DNA of 64,000 nucleotides from Tubiluchus corallicola (Eukaryota; Animalia; Priapulida). Below are positions 13,003-26,217 of this stretch, piece by piece. Each line of letters starts with the position of its first letter. Positions within the stretch are counted from its first letter, which is position 1. A model generated the notes under the pieces. The model was not told where the DNA came from. It was given only the letters and a program-made list of their open reading frames with translations, and searched no databases. The position numbers were made by a program, and so were the translations under genes. The DNA is taken from the NCBI GenBank assembly GCA_030141605.1, contig JAQGDQ010000516.1:62001-126000 (forward strand), read 5' to 3'.

Positions 13003-16000
13003 GAGAGAGAGGGGGGCTGCTTGTAGGTTGTGAGCAAGCACAATTAAACTGCTGTAAGTTTTGCATGTTTACAAATTAGCTTGAATCTGTTAATACTGCT
13101 TTGAACCCATATATTTACTTGCCAGCTTAAGTAAGGGGAGTTTAAGCTATTATGATTATGATAACTCATTTCCAAATCGTGGATTGGAAATCAGTTATCC
13201 TAACACGGATTGCATTGACTGGTTTCATTTCCTGGTTGCAGTTTGAAAACTTTTTGTACTCAGACATGACAATGATCACAAAATCAATCTGCTATCTTAA
13301 TTAAGCACTAACATAATAAAGCTGTCTTTTGTTAGTGCTGCTAAAATAAAACAAGGTTAATGGAACTGCAAACGAAAAGCTTTTGAAATATTAATTCTGA
13401 TGGGTTCCATTCTTAAAAAAACAATGTTTGGCTTTTCAGTATTTTAGACTGTAGCTTCATTTGGTTTACAATTGACTACTTTTTTGTATTATGGGCATGC
13501 ATTTTGAATAGATTTTTAGACACTTATTGTTACCCAAACTGGTTGTATTTATTTTTGCCGAGGAGGTTGTTTCCATCGTCTTTGTTTGTTTGTTAACAAA
13601 ATTGCGCAAAAATAACTTTGCCGATTTTCATGAAACATTGTGCACGAGGTGATGCACAAAGGAAGAATGTTTTCAGTTTTTGTGCAGTTTCAGGATATTT
13701 GGGAGGAATGGGAGGGGCAAAAAATACCAAAAGGGGCATGTTTTTTTGGCCAGTTAAAAACAGGCATGTTTTTTTGGCCTTTTTTTCACAAAACTTGCTG
13801 AATTGTAGAAAAGTATTTGTGCAGCACTTCGTGGGTTAATGGAGGAAGCTTTAAATCTGTTTTGAAAGAGGAGGAACTGGGTTAAAGGTGGAATAGTCCG
13901 TTTTTCTAAACACGTTTGGTAGAATGAATGACAGTGAGTTATTTCCAGATTCTATTCTCATGAATTTTTGCTTGGAATTTATAATAACGCATACCTATTG
14001 TCATGACATCATCAGTTATACTCTTACTACAACCTTTGCTCACGGTGTATGTAAATGTGCTATATTTCAAGCTTCAAATGAGACATCAGAACAGTTTGTA
14101 CTGGTGACTTGTTAATAAAGTGGCTGTGTAACTTAGCATAACATACTCAACGGGCTTAGGCAGAGTTCTGTGCTTTGCTGAGTGCTGTGCTTTGTTCTAG
14201 TTATCACACTGTCATGTACAGCTAAAAATATTGTATAACTGTTTCTTTACAAAGTATCTTATTTTTTGTTTGTTTAATTCACCAGGTAAATGTTGGTGAG
14301 ATGTACGAACTTGTAGTCACAACAGTGAATGGTTTATATCGTTTCCGTCTCGGGGATGTCATAAAAGTAGTAACAAAACACAATCAAACACCCGTTATTG
14401 AATTCGTGCACAGGTACAAAAAGTTTATGGAGCTTGTGTTATATTGTGAGGGACAATAGTTTAATTTCGATTGTAAATTTAGAATGGTCATCTTTAGCTG
14501 ACTATTATTAGTTGGATAAGAATGTTGCTTAATTTGGTGAAATTTGGTAATTTGGTGGAGGAAATCTGTGACCTGCACTTAATGCATGTCAAGTTATTGT
14601 ATCATGTTCTAAGTGAATTAAATGCAAGACACTTAATAATGAATGCTGTGATCTAGTAATCGTGTATTGTTAGTTATACATGGATTTATTCCTTATTATT
14701 GTCGGCAATAAGCTTTTTCACAGTTTCGTTGTTCGCATGCGCATTTGCTGTAGGTCAGAGGTTAAGTGTACCACAGCAATCCATCTTAACTACAACCGTC
14801 ATGTGACGTGTCTGCCATGTCTGTTCAGGAATTTCAGTAGTTTTATGTGGACTTTATTTAATTATCCGCTAGCCTTAGCGTAGAGTGATTTATTAGCAGG
14901 ATCTTGCTTGGGAACAAGAAAAAATGAACTAAGTAAGATTCAAGCTAGCTGCTAAAACTGTTACTATTACAGCAGCATAGGCTGCGAGGCATTGTGAAGT
15001 GTGCACAAATGCGTTATCTGGTACACTTAACTTTTGACCTTTTCATGATCATCGTCAAACGTTGGAACTGTTAAAAGTCTTATTAGTACAATGATTATAT
15101 TGTTTATAACAGACAGGGACAGCTACTCAACGTCCACGGTGAGAAAACTTCTGAAAATGCTGTCTACAATGCCCTGATGAAATCAGCCACCCAATGGAAT
15201 AATGCAAAGATCAAAGATTACAGCTGTTGTGAGAGCATTCTTGCGTCTTCAGGTACATATGGTACTTTTTTCCAGCAAATGAGTATTTGTGTACAGAAAA
15301 TATCATTGAACACATAATTTTTGTTGCACGAGACAAATGACGTTATGAGTACAGTTACGAGCTCACCAAAGATCAGTAAACAAATATTAGTAACCAAAGA
15401 TGCTTTCTGTATTACATAAGACATTCTCGCTCACTTACGCCAAAGATGCAAAACATGGCAATCTTTACAGCAACGCACGTGTTCGAAATTCGCCAAACAG
15501 GTAACTTATTTAATTTGTAAGCATCTTTTGTTTAATAATAACAATGAATTTTTTGTGTAATCATAATAATGCGTTTAAAAACTTCAATGCCTTTAAAGCG
15601 CCCAGTGTTATAGTAAGTGTAATCGAACAGCATTTGAGTGTAGTCAGTAATGTTCTAAGCACAAGTTATACCGTGAGTTCAAAACTGTAACTAACTTCAC
15701 TTTTTGGTAAGCCCGGGATTACAAGTTCTCGGGGTTAATGGTCTATCCTGAAAATATTGAAAATTTTTGAAAGCTTTTTATTTGCAGAATGTTCCAGTAC
15801 TGCTGGATACTACATTGCATTCCTGGAATTTGACGAAAACCAGAATATTCAATTGACGAATGAACAGAAGTTATTAGTACGTATAAATATCGATATTCCC
15901 AATTGGATATTGGCATTTATCTTGTAAGCAGAAAGTCCCAGGTTCAAATCCAGGTTGTATTCGAACTTTTTCACATTTTCTCTCCTTCAAGTTTATTATC

Positions 16001-17073
16001 AAAATTTGATTAATTGTGGGTTTATACCATTATCAATAATAATCTTGACATTAAGATGTTGAATTACAGAATAAAAATAGTCCGTTATACCGCCAACCAT
16101 TATCCGCCCAGCAAATTTCTATATGTTCAATGGGGAAACACCACGCCAGTCACTCCAGTGACCCTGCTATACCCTCTGCTGAGTCATGTGTCGTGTAAAG
16201 TAATGAATGTTATCACGCTTTGATTGTTTTCAAACTGTACTGTACATCGAACATTTGCAAATAGTAAATGATAGCGCTGATGTTATTGTCAGTGCGCCAC
16301 ATTATGTAGTCATAATAGCAACTGAAGAGAAAACACGCGGTTCTTTTTTCGCCACAAGAAACGTGATATTTGCTTGTTTTCTAAGAGTCATCCAAGCAAA
16401 TCCCAGCAAGAAGGTTGGTGTTACAACTTAACTTTTTTACATGCACATGATTAGTGGATACATACAGTAGGCCTATAGTACAATATACGTTTATTATGTA
16501 AACAAAATGCTCATCATGAAGATGATTGATTTTGAAGGAGTCATTAATTTTCACAAATGATTAATTTAATAATGTTCTTTTAGTTCATTAAACTTCAGAG
16601 TAAAAATTGAGACTTCTAACCTGTGTACACTTGTCTGACTGTTGTGATTTGTCTGTGGTAAAATTTAACACACCTCGTTCTAATGCCAACTTTTTTTCCT
16701 TCCCGAAGTGGACGGTGTTAAGAGGTTGGCTGAGATTCAAACTCTACTGTGGACAAGAGTAATTTTGCTTTAATTACTTTATATAAGCTTTTGTTTGCAT
16801 TTTGTGTGCATATTAGCATTTCTAATTCTCTTCATTTTTTATGAACTTTAGTTTGACGAGAATTTAAGACAGGAGTCTTATCCATATGAATCCTTCCGTC
16901 GCAAAAATGCAATATTACCAATGCAAGTGAATGTCGTAAAAGAAGGAACATTTGCAGAATTTCGAGACTACATCCTTACTCATAGTAATGCGTCAGCTAA
17001 TCAAGTAAAACTTCCTCGTGCATTGCGTCGACAGGATTACTATAGTTTCATGAAAGAACATGTTGTAGGTTAG
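1887..17073 (+). CDS. GHDC: GH3 domain-containing protein (GH3/ANL acyl-adenylate-forming family), 14 exons, ~645 aa
   Basis: Phase-consistent GT-AG exons: 1887-2019, 5347-5537, 6147-6278, 6466-6612, 7430-7586, 8814-8921, 9334-9485, 10990-11107, 12254-12349, 12708-12832, 14286-14413, 15113-15252, 15788-15876, 16852-17073 (1938 nt). GH3 hallmarks present: TEYG, P-loop TSSTSSG..K, WPRL, YGATEG, FYEFIP, YELVVTT.NGLYRFRLGD, GEKTSE, NQVKLPR. Exon 1 is the least certain. Confidence 0.92.
2868..3612. mobile_element. Non-autonomous Tc1/mariner (pogo/Tigger-like) MITE
   Basis: Imperfect terminal inverted repeats CAGTAAGTCCTCGCTT ... AAGCAAGGTCTTGCTG, flanked by TA on both sides. Related termini at 8332-8655. 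Confidence 0.7.
8332..8655. mobile_element. Tigger/pogo-like MITE with termini related to 2868-3612
   Basis: TA|CAGTAAGTCCTTGCTTGAC ... GTTAAGCAAGGACTTAGTG|TA. Confidence 0.72.
11163..11230. repeat. (AAT)n microsatellite
   Basis: Imperfect AAT run in a GHDC intron. Confidence 0.85.
12461..12535. repeat. Degenerate (GAT)n simple repeat
   Basis: GAT/GAC/AAT triplet run; it explains the poly-Met and poly-Asp ORFs in the track. Confidence 0.8.
12939..13010. repeat. (GA)n microsatellite
   Basis: Long, nearly pure GA run. Confidence 0.97.
13548..14202 (+). mobile_element. Non-autonomous Helentron/DINE-like (HINE) element
   Basis: 5' TTATT..GCCGAGGAGGTT, then a GTTT microsatellite and CCGATTTTCATGAAA. 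The 3' end has a short inverted copy (CTTAGGC), a small hairpin region and CTAGTT. This layout is typical of Helentron-associated interspersed elements. Confidence 0.5.
14706..15085. mobile_element. MITE family A, copy 1
   Basis: TIR CAATAAGCTTTTTCACAGTT ... AACTGTTAAAAGTCTTATT. Internal sequence (GAGTGATTTA.TAGCAGGATCTTGCTTGGGAACAA, TTTGACCTTTTCA) is shared with 53131-53499. Confidence 0.8.
15895..15965 (+). mobile_element. Degenerate tRNA-derived sequence (SINE head or tRNA-Thr-like pseudogene)
   Basis: B-box GGTTCAAATCC at 15941-15951, preceded by an anticodon-loop-like CTTGTAA. The acceptor and D stems do not pair. Confidence 0.45.
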
Positions 17074-20000
17074 TTCTAAATTATAAAAAAAGATAACTCA
17101 TAAGAGGCAGTGTTGGTGTTTCTCTCTGCTGTGATAAGATGAACTGGAAAAGCTGCTGTTAACTTTTTGTAGATTTGTAAATTTCATAGATTTTATAGAT
17201 TTATAGATTTTCTAGTTCAGAAACATTGTGCTGTTTCTACTAAAATTGTGAATGTTCAGTAGTCAATAAACTGATGTAAAATTTAAAAAAAATATAACTT
17301 TGGTCGTTAAAATGTACAAACAGGTAAATACAGCCAGGGTTGCTTATCACAAATCTGCTTAATTTGTGCTTAATATCTACAAATTATTCGGTGCATTTTT
17401 GTATTTAAATTAAGAGCTTAATCACAAAATTTTTAGAACGGTTAATTCACACAAATCAATTACAGATGCCGGGCAATGCTTCAGCTGCTCACCTAGCAAA
17501 ATCTATTTCTAAGCCACATGTCCTACCTACACTTAATATGCTTTCGTCAATTGTTTCTTTACAGCATCTGGCCATTATAGCTAGCAGACGATTTGGTTTC
17601 CATTGTGCACTTAACTCCTTTTACTGCAATTAAATTTACAGAAATAGCCAATAAACATTAAATTTTGGTATGCATTCTGAATGATTGCATTAAGATGTGA
17701 TCTACTCTGTTTTAAAAATACATGTGATACATATAATATTTCTTGAAGTAATGCATGCAGGGCTTTTGCAAGTGAAAACAAAAAGTAACGTATTTCTTCA
17801 TCATCACCAGGGCTACTGCATCGTAGAGCTAATTTAATTTGCGTATATATATGTGTGTGTGTATACCTAATTATTATGACCTACCTGTACAAAAAAAGCT
17901 GAATTAAGGCCTGCCTAGATCATAAGGGCTGCATGGGCCACTGGAAAAGTTCCTGTTTCAGATCCATATTCAGTGACTTCTCTTGTCACCAAATTTGATT
18001 TAAGACTTTCATAATTTTCGGCTCATTGCATTATTGCTTCTCTAAGTCTATACTTCAGGTGCTATGATAATGAGTAATCTGCAGATGTGTACTGCAGATG
18101 AGTGATCTGCAGAGAATGAATGATGCAGGTGCGTACTGCTCTAATATGCAGATTTATAATCACTGCATGACTGTGTGCGTTTTCGCTTTTTGTTTTTTCG
18201 GCAACATTGCAGGCAGCGGTGAAATAAAAGCGTTACGGGTGAATGTAATGTCTAGACAGAGCTTAAGCTACTTTATTGCAAAAAAGGGATGGATTTGTAC
18301 AGGAAGGGTTAGCTCTGTGGGTAGGCACAACTTCACATGGCAATTCAGCAATTAATTCACCAAGCAGAAGCTACATTATAAACCTAAATTGTCCCCAACA
18401 GTACCAATGTATTACTGCAGTTTCCCCAATACCAATGTCTAAGCAGTTCCCCAAACTCCTAAAACATATTTATGGGCTGTAGATTTCGTTAGGCAGGGAT
18501 AACAACATCACATAACCCATATTTTGCATAACTCATTTCTTTATTACCCAGAGGTACTAAAATTGCCCAATTAAGTGAACTTGACTAAGATATCTAAGAT
18601 ACAATATATACAGAGGCATAGTCACAAACTGATGTTGCTTGCAAGTTTGTATATTTACAAAGGTATCATGACAGACATGTAACAGCAGAACTGTAAAACA
18701 AGCAGAACATACACAGTAAATAAACTAAACTACTTCAGTACAGTATTCATTTGTTCAAACGTTAATAAAAATAATTATATTACTCTGCAATGTACCTTGG
18801 TCAGTTTAAAATTTTGTTGCAGACTTTAAAATTTGCAATTTAAAGATTTAGTTTCTTGACTTGCGGAGGTGTACTACAATATGCGAGGACTTAAAAATGA
18901 AAATTTCCAGTACACTACGAGTTCATCTGTTTCTCAAAATAGATTTTAAAGATATGAAATTTAAAATATTTTCAGGACATTATTTTATCAAAAATAAAAA
19001 TTAGTCTTTTAAGAAAATGGTTGAGTGAAGAATCATCCTCTATTTGAAATTTGATTTGAAAGTTGTCAAAAATGGTCAAGCTAACTAGGCAGTTTTTACA
19101 CATCACAAGTAATTTTTTATTGAAAGAAAAAACTATTCTGGTACGTGCAGCCAGGGGTAAAATTGTGTTGCAATTTCTAACAGCTAGACCAGAGATTAAG
19201 AAGGCAGCTACGTATATGTATAACACTTTTAAGCCACACAATTCATTTATACTGGTAGATAAAAATAACTCTATTAAATTTAACTCTATTAAAAATAAAT
19301 GGCTAAAATAACTTTATGAAAAAAATAATTATTGCCAATATAATACATGTACTATTAAGCCTAAACTCAATTTGTTAAAAACAATGTGAAAATGTCTTCC
19401 AGAAATGTAAAATTTACAGAATTCCAAATGAAATAAATTAAAAAATATATTAGCATAATAATGTCCATTGAATAACAAATATCTAACAAATTCGTCGATT
19501 TTGAATATAAGAAACAGAGATGCATTAAAGAATTTTTTATTAAGGAATTTTCAACTTATTAAAAATCAAAGCTAGTTCATAAATAAGAACTGATTTTTAG
19601 TAACTATGCTAAAAAGTTAAGAAATTTGTATGGCCAATAAGAAAGAAAATAAAACTTAAAACAATCAAAGACCTGTTAAATAGTGCTTAAACTTCGCAAG
19701 ATAAGTACGATTGTCACTCCAGATCACAAAATATGGAAATAAGCCTGTTTACAGGATAATAGATGAGAATTATGAAACAAAATATCTCACAATACATGGC
19801 TATTTTTTGTTATATACAATAACATGTTCACTACATTCTCTACGGACTTGTGCGAAAAACTTCCCTTCGTGCTTATTTCATGACAAACTACCAACATAAC
19901 TAATGTCTCTGACGAGCGGTGGTGACAATTTTCCAGAACCAGTACAGATCTTTGGTTTACAATTTACTCACCTGAAAAGTAGGCAACACTGACAAACCGG

Positions 20001-20199
20001 ACTAGACATTCAGCAGCACACTGTAGACAAAACTACAACTTAGTCAAGAAATTTTCTAGGAAACAATGCCTTGCATCTAGCAACAACAGTGACAACAAGA
20101 TATTTAACAGTAAAATTTATCTGACAACAATAACTTAAATAATGAATCCTCTTTACAGATAGTTTTAAAATATTTTCTACAGTCGAAATATCAAACACT

Positions 20200-23100
20200 T
20201 CACTCAACCGTGTCGTGTCCGTCAGTCGATGAAGAGTTCAAGGCGATGCGTTCCTCTGCATCCCTGCGCATCGGTTTTGCTGTTGCACCTTTCCGCCGAG
20301 GTCTAGAACATCTCAAGCAAAAGTCGTCATAACTCTGGCCACACAGTAAACAAACAAGAATCACTGTCATGTTGTCACAGCCGAGGCCTCCCATTTGACA
20401 ATCAGGAGCAAGACATCGGGTCATAAGCTCCTCACAAATCTGAAATACAATATCCTGTAATAACAACACTATAAGACTTCATTACATTTTGGCTTCCTTG
20501 TAAAATATAATTAGTGAATAATTTTCATACTGTAGGCTCTTACCTATAAAACGTGTCGTTTGTTTGTGTAGTCTATCACTGATGATGACTGCAGGCTGCA
20601 GTCGAAACATTTGGATACTTTTAACATTTTAGAACTTAAAGGTTTAATAAAAGTTGTTTTCTTTTTTATAATACTGTAAGACTTATTGGATACTCTCAGC
20701 GCAAGAAGGGCAATCTCTGATCGTCAGATACTCTCAGCGCAAGAAGGGCAATCTCTGATCGTCAGTGTAGCCTCATAAAGATCAAATATTATCAACCAAG
20801 TTTGAGAAATGGCAATTTTTAAAGCCATTTGTCATCACTGTTAAAAAACAATGCCAAAAATGCACTTCACTGCTTTTGTTTTACTGGTTTAGCAAGACAA
20901 ATCAAATGATTCAGCATTTGCAAAGAAACTAAATGCACAGGGAAAAACGTTGGTCGGCATAACTATGTTACAATAATAATCAGATTTATAAATTTTCTTT
21001 CCTATTTCATTTCTTTTGCTGTAGCATATAATTAGTGAAACGGAACATAATAATAAACAGGAGTACTGCAGCTATGTTTTCAGCTATGACAGTCATAAAA
21101 ACACTTTGTTACCAATTTAATTTAAAATAGAGAAAATTTGTTGTGAAATAATTTATAAATTGCGCAGATTGATGTTTCATTCATTTTTGTGGCCTTCAGC
21201 CTACAATTGTTTATTTTTGCTAGCAAAAGTGGTAAACTGAAGTTTTCTCTGTGAGAAACACTAAAAGTCAACATAGTAAAAAAAGAAATTTTACACATCA
21301 ATCTCAAATAATTAAAAAATTGCACAAACCCTTTCTGGATGCATGTGTTGGGAGATTCTTGCTCTTACAAAATCAACCACTTCCTGATTGGTCAAAACGT
21401 CCCAGATGCCATCACAGGCTAACACCAAGAACTCGTAGTCTGGAGTAACGTCTCGTACAACGACATCTGGATTTGCGGTGACGATCTGCTCTTCGGCTGG
21501 CTTCCGATCGTTCTTTTTAAAAACAAAATCACCGAGCGCTCGAGAAAGTGCCAAATTACCTGTAGTACAAAAGCAAATGCGAATAAATAAGAATGTTCTA
21601 ATAACTAGATTTTACAATAAAAAGGTCGTGTTTGGAAAACTAAACACAACTAATTGGCACAATTTTCCTAAAGGAACAGATCAATCAAGCAGCTTTGACA
21701 AAAAGAAGCAATTTAAGCCACAGACTAAAATATATTTCCACAGAAAAATATACATTTAGGTAAACAGACAGTAAAAAATAGAAATCTAAAACAGCGCTGA
21801 GCAAAATGCAATCTTTAAGTGAATTTTGTGCATTCCTAATAGCAAATAAACATATTTTACTGCTCATGCTATAACATTTACACATTTGCTGCTAGAATAT
21901 GCAAGAGCAATTATATCAAGTTATGCAAAAATGTATCTTTACCATTGACTCTGTTAAATTCGACCCAGCCACCAGCTGCAACGATGCGTTTTGACTCCGC
22001 TTCATTACTAGGCTTGTGATCAAAGGATAACTGTTCAACTTCTCCAGCTACAGAGGCTACACACCGTGAATCTCCTACATTACCCTATGTAATACAAAAA
22101 ACAATGTGGATAAACTAGACTAGACTTGTCAAACATGGGCATCATTGTACAGCAGCAAATGTGAAATTTCCATAATTTATACCCAATAATAATGACGCAA
22201 AAGGCAGATACGTAAATGTACATACGTATGTGTTCACGCTAGATCTTGAAACCCATGTCACGCCCAGGCAAATTTTTATAATATTGGCTTGATTACAAGG
22301 CCTGGCAGGGTGTCCACTAGGTAGTTGTCTTTCGAAAAATTTATTACCGTCCGACATGCGACAGAATTTTTGACGCCTGCATATTGTTTCAATGAGAAAC
22401 AGTGCCCTCAATACTGCATTCTGGTTACCTGGTTACTGGCAAAGTAAAGTGACGAGAGAGAGAGAGAGAGACAGAGAAAAGACACTAAGAGAGAGAGAGA
22501 CAGACAGAGAAAGAGAGAGGGAGACAGACAGAAATGAGTGTGCGAGTGAAACGAGTACCAATGGAAAACGCAAGGCAAATTTTATGAATTGGGTTTCGCT
22601 AGTAAAATTAATGCAGAAACTGCATAAAAATGAAACTGGTAAAGTGAAATGTTAATGGCAGGAGAAAAGATTACTAAATCAGACAATAAACACTGATGGC
22701 AGTAATAGATGAAACAATAAATAAAAATAAATTTGAATTTCATTCAGTCTGCTTCGTCAAAGCTATGAAATAACAGTACCGACAAGCCAGTGATAATACT
22801 TGTTCAAAAAAATGATAAATGATGATACAACCTACGTAATCGAAAGGAACAAAAGTCCATTACCTTAATTATTTCTACAATCGTAATAACACTGAAAATG
22901 TTACTTACACAATACAATTTATTATTTTTTAAAAGAACAACAACAGCAGTGGAACCAGCAAGTTCATCCTTCATGTTATCATCTGAAAGGGAAATAAAAG
23001 CCAACATGAAGAAAGATTCAAACTTAATACAGGCTATAACCCTTGTCTTCTATTTACACTTCCTTAAAATTTCTGATTGAATAAAAGTGTATCAATATGA

Positions 23101-25864
23101 GTTCATTTTCTTAGGGTCTGAGAAATCAGAGTTTTGCATATTTAGATGAAAGGGGCCAAGAAGTTGTATTTTTCACAAGAATCGGGAAAGGATGCGAAAC
23201 TGTTATAAAAATGCAACAAATCAAGTTAAGACCTATGAACACGATATTTGCAACAATTTTTTTCTTGGTCAAACACGTGTACATTCATGGAGACAAGAAG
23301 AGAAGAGATTTCTTGAAAGACAAAATTTTTGCAAACCATTATCATTTTCAGGATTTGCTGATTAATGCAGTTTGTTTTTGTGTGAACAATAAAATATTTC
23401 GGCACAGGGAATTATACATATTATAACCATGGAGATGATGATTTTTCTATTTACCATTTAACATATCTTGATCAACTTCTAAAAATCCTTCTCGTATTGC
23501 TTCTGCTATATCTCCTTTCACTGCAAGTAGATACATGCAATTTTATTAAATCACTGTGATAAGCCATTATCAATGCGTTCAGTGTTCACGTTTATGTAAA
23601 CTAAACCTTTCAAAATGGTACAAAGATTGTACACTACAAATATTGTTCCTTTCTTCCTTGCTCCCTCTATCTGTGTATAATGCCTTAAAAATATGTAAAA
23701 GCAAAAGATAGCGAAAGGAGTGGAATGGTTACACACATGTCTTACAGAATAAGTCACAAATGACCAAAAGGTACAAAATGCACTTAAAAGGGTAGGAATT
23801 AGTCAATATGAGGTACAAAGCATAAATTCAAGAAGTACAATTTAACAAATGTGCCTGGCCTTATAATATTTTATTTTTCTCAGTTTTTAAGATTGTATGC
23901 AAAAACAATTTAAGCTAAGATTACAAACATTACTGCTATAATAAATAATCATTATTTACTTACAATAACTAGGACTGCTAACTATTTTCCTATGTACATG
24001 GACACCTGCATACTGTGCTACCTTTGCACCTGAAATAAAATCATTAAATTCACTAAACAACCTTTTTATACATTATGGCAAAACTGTAAATTTTAGCAGG
24101 AGGAAAAGTCAGAAAAAACAGAATTGTTTCTAGTAATTTCAAACTTTAGTTTTTTTTCAAATGAGAGAAAATTATCTGAAATATGAATTTATATGTTTTT
24201 AAACAAAGCTTTCAAGCTCTCATTTAACTGCATGGGAGTTACCTGTCTATCCTGTCCATCCAATGCACAATTATTAGAGCAATGAAAGCCACAAATGAGT
24301 TTTAAAATCGCTGCATTTTAATCATTAAAAGTTCTTTAACATTCTAAAATTAATACTTTAATACATATGGTTTACAGTGCAGGATTAAATTTAGCATAAA
24401 CAATTTGATGGAATTAAAATTTTAAAATAATATCTCTGTTTGCATTCAGAATAACTATTGTTGTATTATACACTGCTTAGTATACAAAAATAATGCTGTT
24501 TGCTATCTACATTTTCTGGTATTACGTCACCAAACTTAGACTTGAACATATGAGTAGTGGATTTGCACTCGAACTTTGACTTCAAGATCCCGAGACTTCC
24601 TGACCCTTTGATTATTTTCGACCCTAAATATTTTTTGCCGTCTACTAAATACGACTTTTTGAAGATGCAAAAAAAAACATATTAAATTTAATACAAAAAC
24701 ACAAAACTTTCGCTTTTATGACAAGCTTACCCCCATGTCCATCATAGACTGCAAAGAAAGCTGCTTCTTGATCCTCAGATAAAGCAAGTATATGCGTATG
24801 AGCATCTTCCATATCTATGGTCCACATTAAGGAGTATATTTTACCTTTACTGTGCAATGTATGTGATGGCTGAATTGAAAAAATTTGTATTTGCTTTTCA
24901 TTCTTAAGCAGCATTCAAACGTTTATCTATTTAGATCCATTATCTGCAACAGCTTGGAATTCAGACAAAATAAACAATACCAAAAACTAGAGCTAACCAA
25001 CAAATCACATTAAGCACAAATGTATGTGATCAATTATCGAATTATCTTTTGTCTTACCAGTATGCCTAATTGAAGATGACAGATACATTGTAACCTGAAA
25101 AGCTTACAGGAAAACTCCAAAAGAACCTTGAACAATGTGAACTTAGCTCAAATTTACAATACAATCAGCAAAGCTTGAACAGGTTGCTTTCTGCCAAACA
25201 TGAATGGATCTATTTAAAATTCAGGCAAAGTGAGTTAATGACTAACTGTCATACCATTATTCTAATGCTTTTTTTCCTAGTTACCAAGTATAAGATGACA
25301 TGTAGCTAGAGCACAAATGTCCACTAGCACCTAAAATAGTAGAGCTATGACGGCCATGCCAAACATATCCACAACAGACCAGTGCATAATTTTCCATGCA
25401 AATGCTCAGCCACCTACCAGCAAAACGTTTAAGTTCATTAGTGGATAGCCAAAATGTTCTGTTTACGACATAGTACCACTTAATCTAATATGCGTACACT
25501 CGTACCAGCAGTGGGTGGAACAACACAAGCAAAAGTATGCCCACAGTTGGCATTCAATGCGTTAATATACATACATTTGAATGAGAACTGAAGAAAATAA
25601 ACCTAGACCCCTCTGAAAGTTTTTCCGCAATTATATTCCAACATCTGGGAAAATGTATCAACTGAACAAAATTTTAGCATTTTCAATTGTTGCTGACATA
25701 TCTGTAGCTCTCACATCTCACAACGGCATAACCAATAAAAGCAAACCCCAACAAAAGATACTTATTCTCCACCCTTGCATACATGAAGAGGCAACTTTCA
25801 CAAGCCCATTTTCACAGCCCGTGGTCTCTTTCGATGTCACGGGTTCTGACAACGTCTGCCCCAT
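20200..25864 (-). CDS. Protein phosphatase 2C (PPM family, Ptc2/Ptc3- and T23F11.1-like), 8 exons, ~334 aa
   Basis: Exons 25762-25864, 24731-24814, 23964-24029, 23455-23520, 22909-22982, 21943-22084, 21330-21559, 20200-20439 (1005 nt, phase-consistent). Motifs: MGQTLSEPVT, MQGWRINMEDAH, VYDGHGG, GSTA, NVGDSR, DHKP, RVNGNLALSRALGD, LACDGIWD, GCDNMT. Confidence 0.96.
20573..20618 (+). ncRNA. Degenerate minimal (type I, Penelope-like) hammerhead ribozyme motif
   Basis: TATCA-CTGATGA-T-GACTGCA(GGC)TGCAGTC-GAAA-CATTT-GGATA. Both core boxes flank a perfect stem II; stems I and III are imperfect. Confidence 0.55.
20689..20764. repeat. Perfect 38-bp tandem duplication
   Basis: GATACTCTCAGCGCAAGAAGGGCAATCTCTGATCGTCA x2. 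Confidence 0.95.
22455..22531. repeat. (GA)n/(GACA)n microsatellite
   Basis: AG-rich run in a PP2C intron; it explains the RERE-rich ORF 22392-22655. Confidence 0.9.
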
Positions 25865-26217
25865 CACTGCTGTACTTAAGTCAACTGTTATGTGTCGCTT
25901 TGGTGAGAAAGATGGAAATGGACCTGAAAATGAAAAGATTATTAACGTTGCTCACATAACTATCAAGGTATTACTGTTTCACGCTGTACACTAAGTGCAT
26001 AAGTAACACCTCAAATCAATTTTCTCAGTAAGAAACCTTGAATTACTAAAAACAGATATTTACACTTAGTAAAAAAATAAATTTGAAACTTATTCAGTGG
26101 TAGCTTCGTTAGTTTTGTGCAAAAAATTTAGTTCAGATGTTTACGAGTTCCTTCAATATTGTAACTCACAAGATCTTTCAAATTTGCATAGATTTTCAAT
26201 AAACATATATTCAACAA

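Noticed and set aside
15895-15965. Functional tRNA gene
   Set aside because: Only the B-box and anticodon loop are recognisable and the cloverleaf stems do not pair; kept only as a SINE-like relic
20762-20838. Possible C/D box snoRNA on the minus strand (GTGATGA ... CTGA)
   Set aside because: No terminal stem and no recognisable rRNA-complementary guide; the D box sits in a tandem duplication
25653-25994. 113-aa plus-strand ORF
   Set aside because: Antisense to the first PP2C coding exon, with no independent support
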